DNA of 64,000 bases, taken from the NCBI GenBank assembly GCA_010909165.1, contig MU008159.1:62001-126000 (forward strand), given 5' to 3'. Made by a program: the position numbers and the translations under genes. Each line of letters begins with the position of its first letter. Position 1 is the first letter of the stretch. The notes beneath the pieces are model-generated. The model saw only the letters and a program-made list of their open reading frames with translations. It had not been told where the DNA came from and ran no database searches. This stretch comes from Anthoceros angustus. Lineage: Eukaryota > Plantae > Anthocerotophyta. Below, piece after piece: positions 61,249 through 64,000 of the stretch.

Positions 61249-64000
61249 TGTGGGCTATGCACTCGGGAGTTAAGAAATAAGTAGGGTTTCGCTTTTTAGG
61301 ATTGAAGGATAAATAAGGCGAAAAGGAGGAATAAATTGGGGTAGCGCCGGACGAGGCTCGGAGTATACTCCGACTGAGTGAACAACGGACCCCTGCAACC
61401 ACTATGGCAAGCCCGACTACGCCGGAGTAACGGATAAGTCCAACCCACCTGTGTCAAAATAGGATAAGTACGCCAGTGAAAGTAACCTAGGAGCGAGGCG
61501 TGAGGATGACGAGGCGGCGCCACGGACGGCCCCGAGTGGAGGTCGGGCATGCAGAGGCCAGACTGCAACCTGCCGAGTTATAGCAGGGTATTCACGCCCG
61601 GCCGCGCGGGCGCGTAAGGCCGCAGTAAGCGAGGGTGAGCAGCCATGCACTCGCGCACGGACAACGAAGAGGCCTTCCGCCCAGTTACTTCCACAAGCGC
61701 AGGAGGGAGGTCCGCAGCCTCCGCATAATCCTCACAGCCTTGCGCCCGCTCCTCCGCCTTTTGGCGCTTTTAGAGCGACCGCCAAGGTTGGAGCACAACG
61801 CGCGGGAGGAACATCGTGCCCGGCGGACTCGCGGCCACTGACAAGAGGAGGAGAAAGCAATGGCACCCAAAAGCCGACGGAAGTCTGGGAGCCATGGACC
61901 GTGGAGCGCAACATTGTGACCCGCTATCCGGACCGGCCCCGGCCGGAGGAAGCATTGGGAGTGGCATCCGGACGTGTTCCAAATGGTCGGACCTTGACAA
62001 CGCTACCTAGTCCGGAGTTTGCCCGAAGATGCGGCGATCAACAAGGAGGTCCGATCCAAGAACCTCCGGAGGACGAGGCGATGGACCTTGAGGTCCCGAG
62101 GATGGCCTACAACCAAGGAGGAAGAAAGCGAGCCCCTTAAGGCGAAGGAAGATAGGGACCCGCGCCGCGAGGCTCGAACGCAGGGACAACCAACGGATGG
62201 TTGATATCCGATCCGCCGACAGTAAGGGCGGTAGCCCATCATTGTCCATTGAACTCGCCACCAAGGTGGATCACCTTGGTGATAACTGCTGGTATTCTCG
62301 CATGCGCCCCGGGAAGAGAGCGACGGGAAGGATTATCTTCGCCTGTCGCCAGAGGCACGCAAGCTAAGGAGCGAGAAGCCTCGCCATCGGTGACCCCATA
62401 CCGATTCATGTATGGGGACATTTCGAGCTCAAGGAGGGAGAGCTTGAGCGGCGCCAAGGGGCCGGAGGCCCCGCTGTAAGTAGAGCGTGCAAGGGCGCCT
62501 GAGGTGGGGGTCGCCCTTCAAGACCAAGGACTCGGAGGAGGACGATCGAGGATTCCATACGTCGTGAGCGAACCCCTCACCACCTGTGGAAGTTTGGGAG
62601 GCGATTCCCCTTCCTCCTTTTGGTGCCCTCCGAGCAAGGCACAGGAGGGAGCGATGCCGGAGGGCGCATGGCCCGCACCGGCTGACAACAGCAACAACCA
62701 CGACGGCCGAGCCCGACGAACTCAGGGAGCCAAGAGGCGGAAGACGGTGCCGCTTACCAACGCCTCAAGGTGCCGGATTCTTACCCCGCCACCTGAGTGG
62801 CAAGAGGTCAAGAGGCAAGGAGGCGTAAAGGACGTGGCCAAGGAGCAGGAGGTCACCGCGCACCCCGAGCCGGCCCTGCCCCCTGTGAAGGGGCAAAAGA
62901 GCTTGCTCCCGACCCTCACCTCCTCCCCTGGAGAAAGAGGGCACAAAGGAGTTAGAGGCCAAGAGGCCAAGAGGGTGAGACTGACCACCACTGTGACCCG
63001 AGGGTCCCGATTAGGTCCGAGAACCCACCGACTTACTCCGGATCGGTATGGAGGTCCTTGGCGGATCGAGAAATGCCGGCTCCACTACGGACTTTGTGGG
63101 GGCCTCAGTGGCCGTGGAAGAAACACGGCGAGTCAGCTACCGTCATGGACGGAATGCTTTGGGGTCTCGTAGTACGTGGAGAAGACCCGGAGTGGAGGCC
63201 ACCCGAGGAGGATGGATGGTGGAACCCAAGAGCAAGTGCGGAGGGCAAAGGAAAAGGCGGAGTCCTCGCCGGATCGAGGAAGGGAAACGCCGGTGGCGGA
63301 GCGAGGCCCCGCGGTTCAGCAGACTTTAAGGTTCTTCACAGGCGCAAGCAAGCCTGGAGGCCCAAGCTGGAGGACCTTGCAGCGAAGAGGGAAGCGCAGC
63401 AGAGGCGGAAGAGGCCCGGCACAAGCAGAGAGCTCGGACGGAGGCGGCCGGCCAGAGCCGCCAAGGGCGATAAAGGCGGCGAAGGAGCCAAGCCGCAAGA
63501 GCGACCGGATCACTACACGTGATCGAACCGTGGAGAGTCAGCAGTACCGAGGCTAACTCAAGGCCGCACAAAGGCTATGGAGGCAGGGCCAAGACGGGAG
63601 ATAGAGGATCTCCGAGTACCCAGGAGGTAGAAGGAGGCGGCAGATGGAGGATGCAAGGACACGCCGGAGCTACAACCCAAGATGCGCTTGAGCAAAGCAG
63701 TGATTCTCAACGAGAGAATCCACCTCGAGGAAATAGAGCCCCTCCGTCTCAAGACGGAGGAAAATCGCGACTATCCAAGGAGTTGGACGCTGCTGTGCTG
63801 CTGTATGAGCCGGAGGAAGTCCCGAGGACGAGGTATCCGACCGGAGAGGGAGTGAGCTAAAGGCCGTAATGAACGGAGGAGCGAGCATCGGAAGGTAAAA
63901 GAAGCCGCCGTCCAGAGAAAGGCGGCGGGAACGGGCCATGGCGGTAAGTCATGGAAGGAAACGACGGAGCCGGAGGCGGAGCAACAGCACTGCAGGAGGT
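61249..64000 (+). repeat. 3' LTR (partial)
   Basis: Starts TGTGGGCTATGCACT and is colinear with the 5' LTR. Confidence 0.85.

Larger units (their letters stand above)
51419..64000 (+). mobile_element. Athila-like Ty3/gypsy LTR retrotransposon; the 3' LTR runs off the window
   Basis: Long direct repeats starting at 51419 and 61249, a PBS, gag-PR-RT-RH-INT domain order, and a PPT. Confidence 0.9.

Overview
Eukaryotic plant nuclear DNA. The compact genes with 70-250 bp introns, GC-rich codons and gene content suggest a non-seed land plant (bryophyte/lycophyte-like); this is an inference. The left half (1-30.5 kb) is gene-dense. It holds four heavy-metal-associated (HMA/HPP) genes that all share an exactly 76-nt motif exon, one of which has lost all its metal-binding cysteines. 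An AT-rich island (~8.9-13 kb) carries two tandem genes for very basic Arg/Lys-rich proteins: an H1-derived protamine-like protein and an unrecognised ~567-aa acidic/His-rich/basic protein. Further on are a thylakoid-lumen pentapeptide-repeat gene, the SWR1 ATPase PIE1 and, head-to-head with it, an intronless CAS gene. The right half (31-64 kb) is transposon-derived: a degenerate CACTA (En/Spm) element with an internal ~1.4-kb fold-back palindrome array, a gypsy integrase fragment, and an Athila-like Ty3/gypsy element whose ~4.4-kb LTRs appear to contain a protein-coding ORF. The most notable candidate system is the two-gene protamine-like (sperm chromatin) locus. All gene models were spliced by hand and no database searches were run.
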